From assembly GCA_021081985.1 (NCBI GenBank), contig GCA_021081985.1_3639.2: DNA of 54,988 bases; one strand, given 5' to 3'. Below are positions 34,953 to 45,106 of this stretch, one piece after another. The position numbers and the translations under genes were made by a program. This DNA comes from a phage. The notes beneath the pieces were generated by a model. The model saw only the letters and a program-made list of their open reading frames with translations. It was not told where the DNA came from and did no database searches. The number at the start of each line of letters is the position of its first letter. Positions within the stretch are counted from its first letter, which is position 1.

Positions 34953-35429
34953 GCTCTAATAAACATGATAAGTTTTATCTATCAAAACACCACACAGAAC
35001 AAAAATGAATAAAACGCGGTATCGAGCTAAACGAGGATAGGCAATACAACGGCAAGGCTAAACACTTAAGGCCGTTACAACGCGATTTAGGCCGCTTAAA
35101 ATCGATCCCCACCACAAACAACCCCCACAAAATGACCAAAACGACACAACATTACTTAAATGATAACCATTATCAATAACATAAGCATTTTTATGCGTTT
35201 TTAGTGAATATCTATTTAAATGATAATGACTCTCAACAACAAAATAACACGACCGAAGCGATTTAATCGCCTATCACAAAATAAATCAATTGTAAAGAAC
35301 AATTTAAAAGCTGCATAGGTGGCGCGACCGTAGGGAGCGACACAATAACGCAGTAGTAACCCCTCCCCCTCACTCCTTACAGTCGCCCGGTATCGGGCTA
35401 GCGTTATTATGTCGCTACGCGCCAACGCG

Positions 35430-35720
35430 TTAACAATTTTGCAAAGAAGCCTGCTTTGCAGGTTAAGCGCAATGCGCTTAATCGCGTAGCGACTATGTGA
35501 AATTATAACAGTTAAATTATTAATAAAATCTTGCAAAATTGTTAACCTCCTGCGTTATTGTGTCCATGAATGGATGAGGAATAATATTCCTCCCAGCTAC
35601 CGCTGCAAAATTGTGTCCTGTACGGATTAGTTACGTATGTAACTAACAACTAACGTTGCAAAATTGTGTCACGTAGTGATTAGCTGAGAATCAGCTAACC
35701 CGTAAAACGGGCTAAATTAT
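35430..35720. repeat. Cluster of TTGCAAAATTGT-type repeats, each followed by a short palindrome
   Basis: TTGCAAAG/TTGCAAAATTGT occurs near 35444, 35531, 35609 and 35661; palindromes include GTTACGTATGTAAC, TAGCTGAGAATCAGCTA and AAGCGCAATGCGCTT. Confidence 0.5.
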
Positions 35721-37482
35721 TCCCATTAATCCCCCGATTATTACGCAGTAAATCACTTGCTTATTACGTTTAATTAGCCTGTTAAACAGGCTAGTAATGT
35801 GATGACCATTAACCACGATTATTGTTTGGATTATCCAGCCTAAACCGCTTATCATGCTGTTAAATTCTGTTAAGTGCCTGAAATGCCAGATCAATTTGGT
35901 CACTGCGTGATTATGATTGCGACAATAATTTGCTTATGATTGTTTATGTGCTGTTTATAATTGCTTATGTTTTGTTATAGTTTGCTATTTATTTGTTATG
36001 TTTTGTTTGTGATTTGTTAAACACCCTTTTATCTTTCCTCTTACATTTTCGTTATATTTGATTTGTTATCGTTTTCCCTCATTTCGCTTCGTTATTGAAA
36101 ACAAGAATTATTATCATTGATACGCCTTAACAGGCTGGCAGGTCTGTTAGTGGTCTGGTTCTCTGTGTGGTCATGTGATGGTTGGTTGTAGTAGCCTGGT
36201 TTTATGGTCTGGCCTGTTATTGTTAGCTTGCTTATTGTTGTGTGGTGTATGTATCAGTTAGCTAGTGCATTAGCTGGTGCGCATAACGTGTATTATGTTA
36301 AATCACTAAGCCCACAAATAAGGTGGCTTGTCAATAACAATAAGTGCTGTGTGCGGTAGTCTGGCCCATCAGTGTGCCCTTTTGTTGTGTGGTGTCCGAT
36401 GACAAGGCGGGACTATCCACCCGACATCGTGAAAACTCGATGGATTCTCGATCACAATAGCTGTAAGATATTTTGTAAAGATTCGTAGTTTTTCTTGACA
36501 CCCACAATCATCCGTCTAACCCTTCAGAGATAAATACATGACAAATTCGCACAAATTCACCACCTGCCGTGCCACGTCACTAATCTCGCAAGGATATTTC
36601 TGGAAGTGAACCTGCACGCAATGCAGCACGCGTCTTGTTGTGTGGGGAGGGTGGGGTAACAATCAGGAAGTGGTGTGGCTGTGATAACGTATTGGATAAA
36701 AACTCTGGCTGGCTTGTCGATGATATTTGTGTGGGGAAATGCTGATGGGTAAGAGATAAGACACTTGTCTCCGGCAGGGGTGGGGTGTGGAAAAGAAATG
36801 GGTCGGACAGACCCATTGTGATATAGAAATGAAATGGCCATCTCACCATTGACCAGGTAAGCCAATATCAAGGCCAAATTCGTGGCACTCATCCCAGTCA
36901 AGACTTTGATTCCAGTTTGTAACTGTCCTCTCTGTGTGGTGGGTGTATGATGCTCTCTGTGACTGCTTTGGCATCTTTTTTGTCTGAGATTTCCCGAAAA
37001 GAGGTGTGTTGTCATTGAGTCTTCCGGCAGCCTTTTCACCCTTTTTGACTTGTCTCCCACGGGCATTCCACTGCTCCAGTGTCCTGTAACACATAAAATC
37101 ATTCTCCTGTAATATCTGGTGTGGGGAATGGTAGTGGAGAATATCAACCGTGTCAAGTAGGTTTGCTTAGAGGCGTTATTATAAAAATTTTTTGGTGGGC
37201 TTTCTGGGGCTGGCTGTCGGGCTGTAAACAAGCTGTGAAGCCAGATGTGACGGGGCTTTCAGCTATGTTGTGTGTTGATCGCAAATAAGGATAAAATAAT
37301 CAATATAAATGCAGATAAATGTTGTTTTATTGAGTTTGTGTAATAGGTGTGTCATGTCTTGATAGGTTATGACCTGTACATATTTTGTACAATTGTGTGG
37401 TGTGCAGAGTTTGGGTGGCAATTCCCCAGACGGGGCAGGGTAGGTTATGGTGGAGAGCAGGGGCATGGTTAGCCCCATATGA

Positions 37483-37806
37483 TCAGGGTTGTGCGTCTGT
37501 TTGTTTGAACTGGTCTTTTGAACGTATTACATAACCACAACCATATTTTCTCAGCCAGACCAGTTCCCATGGACTATCACTCAGGTTTTTCCTGTTTATC
37601 TCTTTTAGCTGGGCAACCGCATCGTCCCATGATGTGACTTCGAGATAACCGATGAGACTGTCCTCTCCAAAATCTCCGTAATCAAATGTGCATCTGACCT
37701 TGGCGATAAACTCTGTCTGTGGATTTTCGGGTTTTACAAAAGCCCAGTGAAAGATTTGTTCTGTGCAATGCTCATTAACCCACCTTATTTGTGTGGTCAT
37801 AATCAC
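37483..37806 (-). CDS. Hypothetical protein
   Basis: 107 aa; first gene of the minus-strand block after the gene-poor region. Confidence 0.4.
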   Translation of the reverse strand: MIMTTQIRWVNEHCTEQIFHWAFVKPENPQTEFIAKVRCTFDYGDFGEDSLIGYLEVTSWDDAVAQLKEINRKNLSDSPWELVWLRKYGCGYVIRSKDQFKQTDAQP

Positions 37807-37809
37807 CTC

Positions 37810-38433
37810 TTATCGTATAATCTCGCCTCGGAAAACTGTCTCTTGCTCCTGAAGATGCCTTGTTATGTAGTCTTTAATCCGATCATCAACCCATTTAATA
37901 CGTTCTGGGTTGGTGTGACATTTATCATTGAGGCTTTCCAACCAGTAAGCCGCTTGGTCAGCGGTGAATGGAAAATTCAATGGGCGACCCGCAGCTACGA
38001 ATTGTGCTTGCATCTCCCGAAGTAAGTTATCCCTTTCTCGCCATGACCAGCGCCATTCTGCATAAGCCTTCAGATTGTTTTTCAGACCTGTTTGTTTTGA
38101 AAATTTATACCCTAAATATTTGTCAGGGTCATTAAGCCATTTCTGGTAAGCCGTGTAAAACTCATATAGTTTTTCACTTGAAACTTTTACCTTTGTTGTC
38201 TGCATTGGTGGCAGAGGCAGATATGCCCAGTGTGTTGGTTCACACACAATACGTGTATCATCGTGGTAAGCATACTGGAATACACCTTGCCCAATATGAG
38301 CACCAACAAACATTTCTTTAGTGTCTGAGCAGAACACCAGAACATCTACAAAATCTGGTGGTAACTTATCGGAGCACATTACCCATGTATCTGTGTGATT
38401 GGTTTTTAATTCCGCAAAAAATTTATTGTTCAT
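37810..38433 (-). CDS. DUF551-domain protein (start trimmed to MNNKFFAELK)
   Basis: WVMCSDKLPPDFVDVLVF ... THWAYLPLPP matches the DUF551 signature; RBS AAGGGTG before the internal ATG. Confidence 0.5.
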   Translation of the reverse strand: MNNKFFAELKTNHTDTWVMCSDKLPPDFVDVLVFCSDTKEMFVGAHIGQGVFQYAYHDDTRIVCEPTHWAYLPLPPMQTTKVKVSSEKLYEFYTAYQKWLNDPDKYLGYKFSKQTGLKNNLKAYAEWRWSWRERDNLLREMQAQFVAAGRPLNFPFTADQAAYWLESLNDKCHTNPERIKWVDDRIKDYITRHLQEQETVFRGEIIR

Positions 38434-38626
38434 ACTTACACCCTTAAAAATAAGGAAAACAGACAGGCGACCCCACCAAATACATTGACACAACTTAGAA
38501 GAATACTCCACAATCTTTTCCAGCCTTTAACAGCAGCACTTTCCGAGAATCCGCAGAGTGCCAATATGAAATTGGAAATTCCAAGAAAGGCCAGTAGTAA
38601 ATTTAATAGTATATCTATCATCGGCA

Positions 38627-38983
38627 TCACCCAAACCACATTACTATCCCTAATACTACGAAAAGAAACCCAAGTAGGCAAAAGGAGGTTATTCTCTCTT
38701 TCTTTTTAAACTCTTTTGTTGGGTTGTAATTTTCCTGTTTTAATACAAGGTTCTCATCATACCAAGTAATCCGTTGCCCGTTCAGGTTATGATACCGCTT
38801 ATGAAGCTGCACAGCTTTTTTGGCAATATCTCCTGTTGGGTATGGGTTTGAGTACATGGCCTCGCCATCATCTGAAACTACTGTTTGGTTTATCGCATTA
38901 CCATCGTAGTACACTTCCCAGCAGGATTTAGTTATAACCCCATCAACCATGTCTTCTATGTGGTATATATTGTACTTGCTCAT
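38627..38983 (-). CDS. Hypothetical protein with C-terminal hydrophobic segment
   Basis: 118-aa ORF. Confidence 0.35.
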   Translation of the reverse strand: MSKYNIYHIEDMVDGVITKSCWEVYYDGNAINQTVVSDDGEAMYSNPYPTGDIAKKAVQLHKRYHNLNGQRITWYDENLVLKQENYNPTKEFKKKERITSFCLLGFLFVVLGIVMWFG

Positions 38984-39351
38984 GCGTACTCTTTTATCTC
39001 CTGGATTGCATCTTTCGATAGCCAGCTATCAACAGGAATACTACTGAAATCTTTGTGCCAACGATGCGGTTTGTGTCCCTCCCTATGATCAAGGGTACAT
39101 ATATCCTCTGGCACTTTAAAGTGAATGCCTTCGATATCGTAATAGTTTCCGTCTATAAGGGTATAGACGTGCCCTTGTATCCTGCTATAGCATATCTGCG
39201 CCTGTGGGAAAATGTGTTTAAGTACTAATGCCACTTGGTAGCACTTTCCATTCTGACCAATCCACACACTATCTACTTGTGGTGGGAAAATATCTCTGAT
39301 TTTTCTTATCAGAGATGTTATATGGTTCTCTACACAACCTGCCATACTCAT
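38980..39351 (-). CDS. Hypothetical protein
   Basis: 123 aa; ATGA overlap with the downstream gene. Confidence 0.4.
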   Translation of the reverse strand: MSMAGCVENHITSLIRKIRDIFPPQVDSVWIGQNGKCYQVALVLKHIFPQAQICYSRIQGHVYTLIDGNYYDIEGIHFKVPEDICTLDHREGHKPHRWHKDFSSIPVDSWLSKDAIQEIKEYA

Positions 39352-39626
39352 CGCCTTGTTTTTAGCAGTGCCTTGAAAAATTTTCTCGCTGCTTTTTCTG
39401 CTTGCCCCTTACGAGAAAACTCGTTCTCTCTGAATCTCCATTTCCCAGTGTCTTCGTCCTTCCAGACTTCTGTACTAAGGAAATCAAGAATATTATCTGT
39501 AATCAATTCAATATCCTCATCTGTAAACCAATATTTTATGGCCCCGCTATAGACCTCTCGGAGGTACTCTCTACGGTCATCACCAGAAATCATATTTTTC
39601 CCTGATGGCTGCTCCCAACCCAACAC
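39348..39626 (-). CDS. Hypothetical protein
   Basis: 92-aa ORF. Confidence 0.35.
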   Translation of the reverse strand: MLGWEQPSGKNMISGDDRREYLREVYSGAIKYWFTDEDIELITDNILDFLSTEVWKDEDTGKWRFRENEFSRKGQAEKAARKFFKALLKTRR

Positions 39627-39767
39627 CTATAACTAGTAGTACTGCCACGAATACCAACCAAAAGAGATAAGCATTGCCAAAAATGGTTGTTGGAAACACA
39701 ACAATAAACAAAACAATCAGTACGACAGGAACCCCGATACACAAATTCTTCAGCACTTCCTTCATAA

Positions 39768-40088
39768 TTACAAACTGACCTCTTTCTTTGGTAAAGGTTT
39801 AAAGCATGGCGGTAATTCACCACCTAGCGACCAACGTAGAAGATAATTATACCCTGGGAGTCTCTTGATACCGCCTTCTCCTTTATACATCCACGGAACA
39901 AGCGTAGATTCAAATTTTCTCTTGCCTGTCTTTGACTCGTACAATAGCCACATACCTTGGGTATTGGTTCCTGTATCCTTCCAGTTTATCTGCCAATCTG
40001 ATGTTCCCACTAATTCGAAATTGTCTGTTTCTTTCTTTTTCTTAAACCATCCAAACATTACTCTATCCTCACTGATACGTAGCGCCAT
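39768..40088 (-). CDS. Hypothetical protein
   Basis: 106-aa ORF. Confidence 0.35.
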   Translation of the reverse strand: MALRISEDRVMFGWFKKKKETDNFELVGTSDWQINWKDTGTNTQGMWLLYESKTGKRKFESTLVPWMYKGEGGIKRLPGYNYLLRWSLGGELPPCFKPLPKKEVSL

Positions 40089-40215
40089 GTTCTTTTGTAA
40101 TATTCCACAGTTTCCTCCAGTTTGTCAAGAGGAACTCTAGTTTTCAATACCCACCAGTTCCCTAGATATTCGGCAGAACATGCACTCATCCTGCCACATA
40201 TGGTATACGTTGCCA

Positions 40216-40416
40216 CTACATCCTCCACGTTAGTTTCTGAGCGATCTCCAACAAGGCATCTATCTTATGCATATACTCTTTCCTTTTCTCACTGCCAGGA
40301 GGGAATTGGTCTCTCGTTTGCATCAAGGTTTTTATCTCTTCGGACAGATGATTAAGGATTTCAACGCGCTCTCGTTTCCGACCTAGTTGTTCAATTTCTT
40401 TGTCACGACAATTCAT
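40216..40416 (-). CDS. Hypothetical small protein
   Basis: 66-aa helical, charged ORF. Confidence 0.3.
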   Translation of the reverse strand: MNCRDKEIEQLGRKRERVEILNHLSEEIKTLMQTRDQFPPGSEKRKEYMHKIDALLEIAQKLTWRM

Positions 40417-40496
40417 AATGTACCTTACAGTGTTGTCAAACTATGAGAGTATGATAATATACGGTACAACTATTTACAATAGTAGGAGACGATCTA

Positions 40497-40777
40497 TGAC
40501 TGTAAAAATCCCAAGAGGCGGTAAACCAGACAGAAATGAATGTGATAAGCGTGTAAGGGTAGGGAGAATGTGTCTGATTTATGGAATAACCTATCCACCA
40601 ATGGTGCGACTTAATGGTAAAATATGTAAGGTCATCGACATACCAAAAGATAACACAACACGCTTCTTGTGCAAGGTCAAAGGTGAAGAGAAGGTTTTTA
40701 ACATCCCACACAAAAACCTAACAGTTTTGGATCTTAATGACAACATTGTTATCTCCAAATACCGTTGTATAAACTAA
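40497..40777 (+). CDS. Hypothetical protein (plus-strand gene inside the minus block; start trimmed to MTVKIPRGG)
   Basis: Promoter-like TTGTCA ... TGATAATAT upstream, RBS TAGGAGACG, and a bidirectional terminator just downstream. Confidence 0.4.
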
Positions 40778-40782
40778 AATAA

Positions 40783-40810
40783 AAGCCCCACATGGGGCTT
40801 TTATTTTTAT
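40783..40810. terminator. Bidirectional rho-independent terminator between convergent genes
   Basis: AAGCCCC-ACAT-GGGGCTT flanked by an A-run upstream and a T-run downstream. Confidence 0.6.
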
Positions 40811-41547
40811 TCAAAATCATCAACACCGCTATCGGTAAGGTTTTCTCTGCTCGAAGGTTTTGTCGAAAGAACTTGCTCAAGCAGAGAGGAAAATTTCTGC
40901 AAATTACTTACAGAAGAAGCCCCTGCTGCCATGGCAAGCATATCCACTTCTTTTTCGGTAGGTTGCGTCCAGTCTAGAAACATCTCTTTCATGTACAACG
41001 TTGATGTCCCTATTGGTGTGGCGTGGTCAACCCTATCAGCATAGACCCAGAAAAGAACTTCTTTCTCTATACATACACACAAAGCAGCACCCAACGAGTA
41101 TCCTGCAACGAGGGATGGATATCTTGCAACGAGGATCTCGACATTCAGGTCATCCCAGTGAAATACAACACCCAAACACTTCATATCCACAATGTCTTCC
41201 ACTGCGGGTCTTAGCTCCTCATGGGAAGAAAAGGAGTCATAGTTGATATTCTTTATGAATTTAAGAACGTCTTGGCGGTTGTAGGCACAATCGTTATCAC
41301 CTTGCTTCCAGTAACCCCAAAATGAAGTCGATAAATTCAACCAAAAACTTGCAGTTGTCCCTAATGTCTCAGCCAGTTTTTCAGCCACATCCTCTGATAC
41401 CTCTTCCATGTTATAAAGGATGGTTCTCAACTTATTTACCGGTATACCAGATCTGTCAGCAAGATCATCCACACACCAACCTAATGGATCCAGATATTCG
41501 TGGATAATAACCTCCCCTGGTGACACTGGTGCTCTTTCTTTCTGCAT
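40807..41547 (-). CDS. HTH (XRE/HigA-like) DNA-binding protein with a C-terminal domain of unknown function
   Basis: N-terminus after the internal Met: PVSPGEVIIHEYLDPLGWCVDDLADRSGIPVNKLRTIL ... ASFWLNL resembles HigA-type HTH antitoxins; RBS AAAGGAGAA precedes that ATG. Confidence 0.5.
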   Translation of the reverse strand: MQKERAPVSPGEVIIHEYLDPLGWCVDDLADRSGIPVNKLRTILYNMEEVSEDVAEKLAETLGTTASFWLNLSTSFWGYWKQGDNDCAYNRQDVLKFIKNINYDSFSSHEELRPAVEDIVDMKCLGVVFHWDDLNVEILVARYPSLVAGYSLGAALCVCIEKEVLFWVYADRVDHATPIGTSTLYMKEMFLDWTQPTEKEVDMLAMAAGASSVSNLQKFSSLLEQVLSTKPSSRENLTDSGVDDFE

Positions 41548-41600
41548 TCTTTCTCCTTTCTCTCTACCAGAAAACCCTGCTTTGCAGGGTTTTGTTACTA

Positions 41601-41804
41601 TCAGCATTTAGGCGAGCATTTATCGCACGGGCATGAAATTCCGTGGAAACACAAACCTGTTCCGTCTTTCTTGACCCCTGTTCCACCACATTGGGGACAA
41701 CTATCGTGTAAGCATTTTGTTTTTGTTGTCTCCTCTTTATCTTTATTAAAGAAGTTTTTCATAATCATTTTCTGTTGTTCAATCGTAAACATTTGCGTCC
41801 CCAA
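41601..41804 (-). CDS. Small Cys-rich zinc-binding protein
   Basis: 67 aa with C-x2-C and C-x-C clusters (CPQCGGTG, CPCDKCSPKC). Confidence 0.35.
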   Translation of the reverse strand: MGTQMFTIEQQKMIMKNFFNKDKEETTKTKCLHDSCPQCGGTGVKKDGTGLCFHGISCPCDKCSPKC

Positions 41805-42085
41805 AATCTTTCAAGTGCTTCTACCTCTTCCATGTTTGGGAAGATACCATAGAAACAGAACTTACCTTTAGAGAAGTACGGAATAAATACCCGTCCATCA
41901 GATGTTTGAAACATCTTGTCAAAATTTGGTAGCTTCAGGTGGGATTTTATAGCCTCTTTAATACTTTTATCCCATTGATGCTGCCATTTACAGGCTTTTA
42001 GGTACTCACTAATATTGTAAGAACCTACTCTCCCCAAGATACTGGTGAGAAACTTTTTGTTTTTACTAATAATCTTCTTTTTCAC
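41765..42085 (-). CDS. Hypothetical protein
   Basis: 106-aa ORF. Confidence 0.35.
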   Translation of the reverse strand: MKKKIISKNKKFLTSILGRVGSYNISEYLKACKWQHQWDKSIKEAIKSHLKLPNFDKMFQTSDGRVFIPYFSKGKFCFYGIFPNMEEVEALERFWGRKCLRLNNRK

Positions 42086-42314
42086 TCAAAAACCTCGTTT
42101 CTTCAAACTGCTCTGGTGTCAATAAACTTGTTCCTACACGACTGCCATTGCCACACATAATGGGCACGGCAATCATGTGGCTATCCTTTTCTGCATTACC
42201 TAAATCAAGGTACTGCCCATAACGTTTGATAAGTCGGATACTCATTTTTGAATTAGCTAAAGCCCTTGTATTATAGAGATAATCCTCAAGGTACAAATGT
42301 AGAGCGTTTGCCAC
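42066..42314 (-). CDS. Hypothetical protein
   Basis: 82-aa ORF. Confidence 0.3.
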   Translation of the reverse strand: MANALHLYLEDYLYNTRALANSKMSIRLIKRYGQYLDLGNAEKDSHMIAVPIMCGNGSRVGTSLLTPEQFEETRFLSEKEDY

Positions 42315-42316
42315 CT

Positions 42317-42565
42317 TTAAAGATTTTGATAAGAATAATTTATTACGCCGGACCAGTTTTTTTTTTCTTCATGCAACCCTCGCTTGTGCCTGTACATTGC
42401 TAAAGGCCATACAGAACTCACTATAAAGCATTTCCATGCCCAACCCCATGGAGTCTTTGGTGCATAAGCTCGTTCAAGCCATTTACTCTTTTCCATCTCT
42501 GCCGTATGTACAAACCATACGGCAATATACAGTGCAACTATAATGTAGATAAAGCCATTAATCAT
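42317..42565 (-). CDS. Small membrane protein
   Basis: 82 aa; hydrophobic N-terminus MINGFIYIIVALYIAVWFV. Confidence 0.3.
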   Translation of the reverse strand: MINGFIYIIVALYIAVWFVHTAEMEKSKWLERAYAPKTPWGWAWKCFIVSSVWPLAMYRHKRGLHEEKKNWSGVINYSYQNL

Positions 42566-43619
42566 TCATCTTATCCCAACACATTTGTTGTGCTGTCATC
42601 AAAACATCGGCAGCAAAGTTAAGATCTGTTGTCTTCGGTAAATGCGTGTTCTTGTACAGAGTGTTACGAATATAATCATCCTTCTCTTCTGCCCAAGCCA
42701 AGAGCTTCTCCAAAGACCATGCACCATTTCTGATTGCAAGAAGCTCCTGAGCATCAGGTCTTTTTACAAGAACTTTCCCTTCCGTCAGGATTTCTTCTGC
42801 TTGTCGCATCAACCTAACCAAGTGCATACCATGCTTTGAATCGAAGCCATACTTTTCTTCTAACTCATGACGTGCTGGGTTTCTGTTTTCAACCCATGTC
42901 CAGTAGTTCTTATGCTTTTCCTTTGCTTGTTTATGGTCATCTGCTAGATACTTAACGATTAAAATTGGTTTACGTTTCTTATCCTCGCCAGAGAACTGTT
43001 CGTATGGGACTTTACGAATAGAGCCGTCAGAGTTAAACAAGCCAGCATTGTCGTGTGTTCCGATCACGCCATAGATATTATCACCCATTGGTAAAAAGAC
43101 ACACAACTTGTTAAGGTCATCCAGCATTTTCTGGAAGTCTTTGTGTTTTGTAAGATTATCATCCATCCACGAGTGTGTCAAGCGCATGAACTCTTTTTGT
43201 GTTGGTTGCTCTTTAGGCTGCGGGTTATTAATCCATTTATTATGGCCTTTGATACGCTTCAGTTGCGCCATCGCGTACCCAGAAAATGTAAAAGCAACTT
43301 TGCTGGATAGGAGTTTTGGCGCTTGCTCGCGTAGGTACTCGTAAACATCTGAAGTTTGCAGAATGTCACCTCTATCAACAAACATAAGCTCGATGATGTT
43401 TGGGTTCATATCAACGAACAACTTCATGTAGTTTGTTAGCTCATACAGCTTACCATCCTCTTCATCAATAAGAGTCATTTCTCTGTCAACGAAAAATGGG
43501 GTAAGAATGCTTTTAGGCTCTGCACAATAAATTCCGCGAATATCCACATCGGATGTTGGTAAGTTAGTTCCATAGGCAATACTACCGGAGTAACAACGCA
43601 TTAGTTCTAGTTTCTTCAT
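42558..43619 (-). CDS. Pol-beta superfamily nucleotidyltransferase
   Basis: 353 aa; N-terminal G-S-x4-G-T-x4-S-D-V-D-I (GSIAYGTNLPTSDVDI), the minimal NTase signature shared by OAS/CD-NTase-like and RNA-modifying NTases. Confidence 0.55.
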   Translation of the reverse strand: MKKLELMRCYSGSIAYGTNLPTSDVDIRGIYCAEPKSILTPFFVDREMTLIDEEDGKLYELTNYMKLFVDMNPNIIELMFVDRGDILQTSDVYEYLREQAPKLLSSKVAFTFSGYAMAQLKRIKGHNKWINNPQPKEQPTQKEFMRLTHSWMDDNLTKHKDFQKMLDDLNKLCVFLPMGDNIYGVIGTHDNAGLFNSDGSIRKVPYEQFSGEDKKRKPILIVKYLADDHKQAKEKHKNYWTWVENRNPARHELEEKYGFDSKHGMHLVRLMRQAEEILTEGKVLVKRPDAQELLAIRNGAWSLEKLLAWAEEKDDYIRNTLYKNTHLPKTTDLNFAADVLMTAQQMCWDKMND

Positions 43620-43996
43620 TGTTGTACCTTTTTGTCTTTTCTTGCATTATCCCAAAAATTAAGGATATTTTGGTATCGGATCTTGTCTTCCATATATTCA
43701 GCTTCATCCCGAAGATCGCATACATGATCTATTAAGGCACATACCTCATTATGGTATTCTGTATTACTGGTGATGTGCTTAATCATACAAGATCCTGCTT
43801 TCCATTTCGAGAGGGAGTATCTCAGATTATCATCTTTTTCTGTGGGGGAAGCATCAACTAGCACCTTTGCCCTGTTCCCTTGTATCGTTTGTATTGTTCC
43901 TTGGCGCAGTTCGTTATTACCCCAATAGATAAATACTGTATCGCCAACAAATAATCTTGTTCCGCTTGCATCCCTCATTTTATGCCCCCAACACAA
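43616..43996 (-). CDS. Hypothetical protein
   Basis: 126-aa ORF. Confidence 0.35.
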   Translation of the reverse strand: MCWGHKMRDASGTRLFVGDTVFIYWGNNELRQGTIQTIQGNRAKVLVDASPTEKDDNLRYSLSKWKAGSCMIKHITSNTEYHNEVCALIDHVCDLRDEAEYMEDKIRYQNILNFWDNARKDKKVQQ

Positions 43997-44363
43997 AGAA
44001 ATAGTGAACTGTTACCGCTGCGAAGTAAAGCGTTTTGTAAATCAATTGTAACCAGCAATCTCTGTTTGTATACACTTTTCCTGCTAAGATATAGCTACCT
44101 GTTACGAAATGCTCACACACCCAGATCCCCATCAGGAAACCACTAAGCAAGCCTCCTGTTGGTGGTGTTAGTGTGGTAATCATTGCAATTCCTTCGAGGA
44201 AAGTGAATATGAAGAAATATGAGAATCCTTCTCTTGCACATTTTATTCCTCTGCCAGTAACACAGGTATGAACTAAACCTATGAGACAAAAGATCGTCCA
44301 AAGTACATACAATGTATAAACCATAAACCACTTAACCCAAAAAAAAAATGTTAACCTCTCCAA
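43980..44363 (-). CDS. Putative membrane protein
   Basis: 127 aa with several hydrophobic stretches. Confidence 0.35.
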   Translation of the reverse strand: MERLTFFFWVKWFMVYTLYVLWTIFCLIGLVHTCVTGRGIKCAREGFSYFFIFTFLEGIAMITTLTPPTGGLLSGFLMGIWVCEHFVTGSYILAGKVYTNRDCWLQLIYKTLYFAAVTVHYFFVLGA

Positions 44364-44393
44364 CCCTATCAGAGAGGTTTCAGAAATGATTTG

Positions 44394-44891
44394 TTACTCA
44401 CCTTTCAGCTTAAAACTTTTCAATGTTTTGATAAAGTTTTTCTCTGCTGGTGTGTAAGTGTGAACGAAACCTGTTTCTTCACAGGTGTAGGTATCATTAA
44501 TCTCCATCGCATGTTGAGGGATAAATGCACCTTCAGGAGCAGGTTTATATTCTGGGTTGTAGATAAACTCCGGCAGCACAACAGCTACAGCAGTCATTGC
44601 TCCGTTCAAGGCTTTCTTTTCTTCACGCCACCACGCTACTGGGTAAGTCTCTAAAGACATTGCCTGGTCAAGAAAATCTTCAAGCACGGACTGATAACCG
44701 CCATTCAAAACAATAATGGTCTTATCTTCTTCTTTCCAGCATTTCAGCCAATAGTGTGCAGTGATCTGCTCTGGTGTATATGCTTCACCACTATGCAAAA
44801 CCATAAGCTCTGCAATGGCGTGTGCTGATTGGATACCAGCATGGATACCGGAGATATACTGATTAACAATACAATACATTCTTGTTTTCAT
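44394..44891 (-). CDS. Hypothetical protein, possibly PTH2-like peptidyl-tRNA hydrolase fold
   Basis: 165 aa; spacing of AGIQSAHAIAEL, a conserved W, IVLNGG and MTAVAVVLP resembles the PTH2 core. Tentative. Confidence 0.3.
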   Translation of the reverse strand: MKTRMYCIVNQYISGIHAGIQSAHAIAELMVLHSGEAYTPEQITAHYWLKCWKEEDKTIIVLNGGYQSVLEDFLDQAMSLETYPVAWWREEKKALNGAMTAVAVVLPEFIYNPEYKPAPEGAFIPQHAMEINDTYTCEETGFVHTYTPAEKNFIKTLKSFKLKGE

Positions 44892-45106
44892 TTTTGTTTT
44901 TTCCTCAGAATTATTCTATCTTCACTAAAAATTTCCTGTAACCCAGCAGCTATCAGTGCAAATATTGCTACCCACCATACAACTAACAGGAGTACCCCAA
45001 CAAGCAAATCTCTACCTGTGATCTGTTGCTCAATCCTGTAGGTAAAAATAAAGAAAGCTACGGATACTAAAGCACCAACAAAGAAGTAGATAAACACTTC
45101 AGTCAT
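44888..45106 (-). CDS. Small membrane protein
   Basis: 72 aa, two hydrophobic helices. Confidence 0.3.
   Translation of the reverse strand: MTEVFIYFFVGALVSVAFFIFTYRIEQQITGRDLLVGVLLLVVWWVAIFALIAAGLQEIFSEDRIILRKKQK

Noticed and set aside
35216-35903. Minus-strand ORFs 35216..35536 and 35712..35903
   Set aside because: They lie across the palindrome and repeat cluster, have Arg/Leu-rich low-complexity translations and no start context.
36557-37231. 224-aa ORF (and overlapping 36580..36849, 36843..37094, 37263..37478 ORFs) in the gene-poor region
   Set aside because: Composition is Pro/His/Trp/Cys-rich and low-complexity, there are no ribosome binding sites, and several overlapping frames are open at once, which indicates compositional skew rather than coding. 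The 83-aa ORF 36843..37094 is the least implausible but unsupported.
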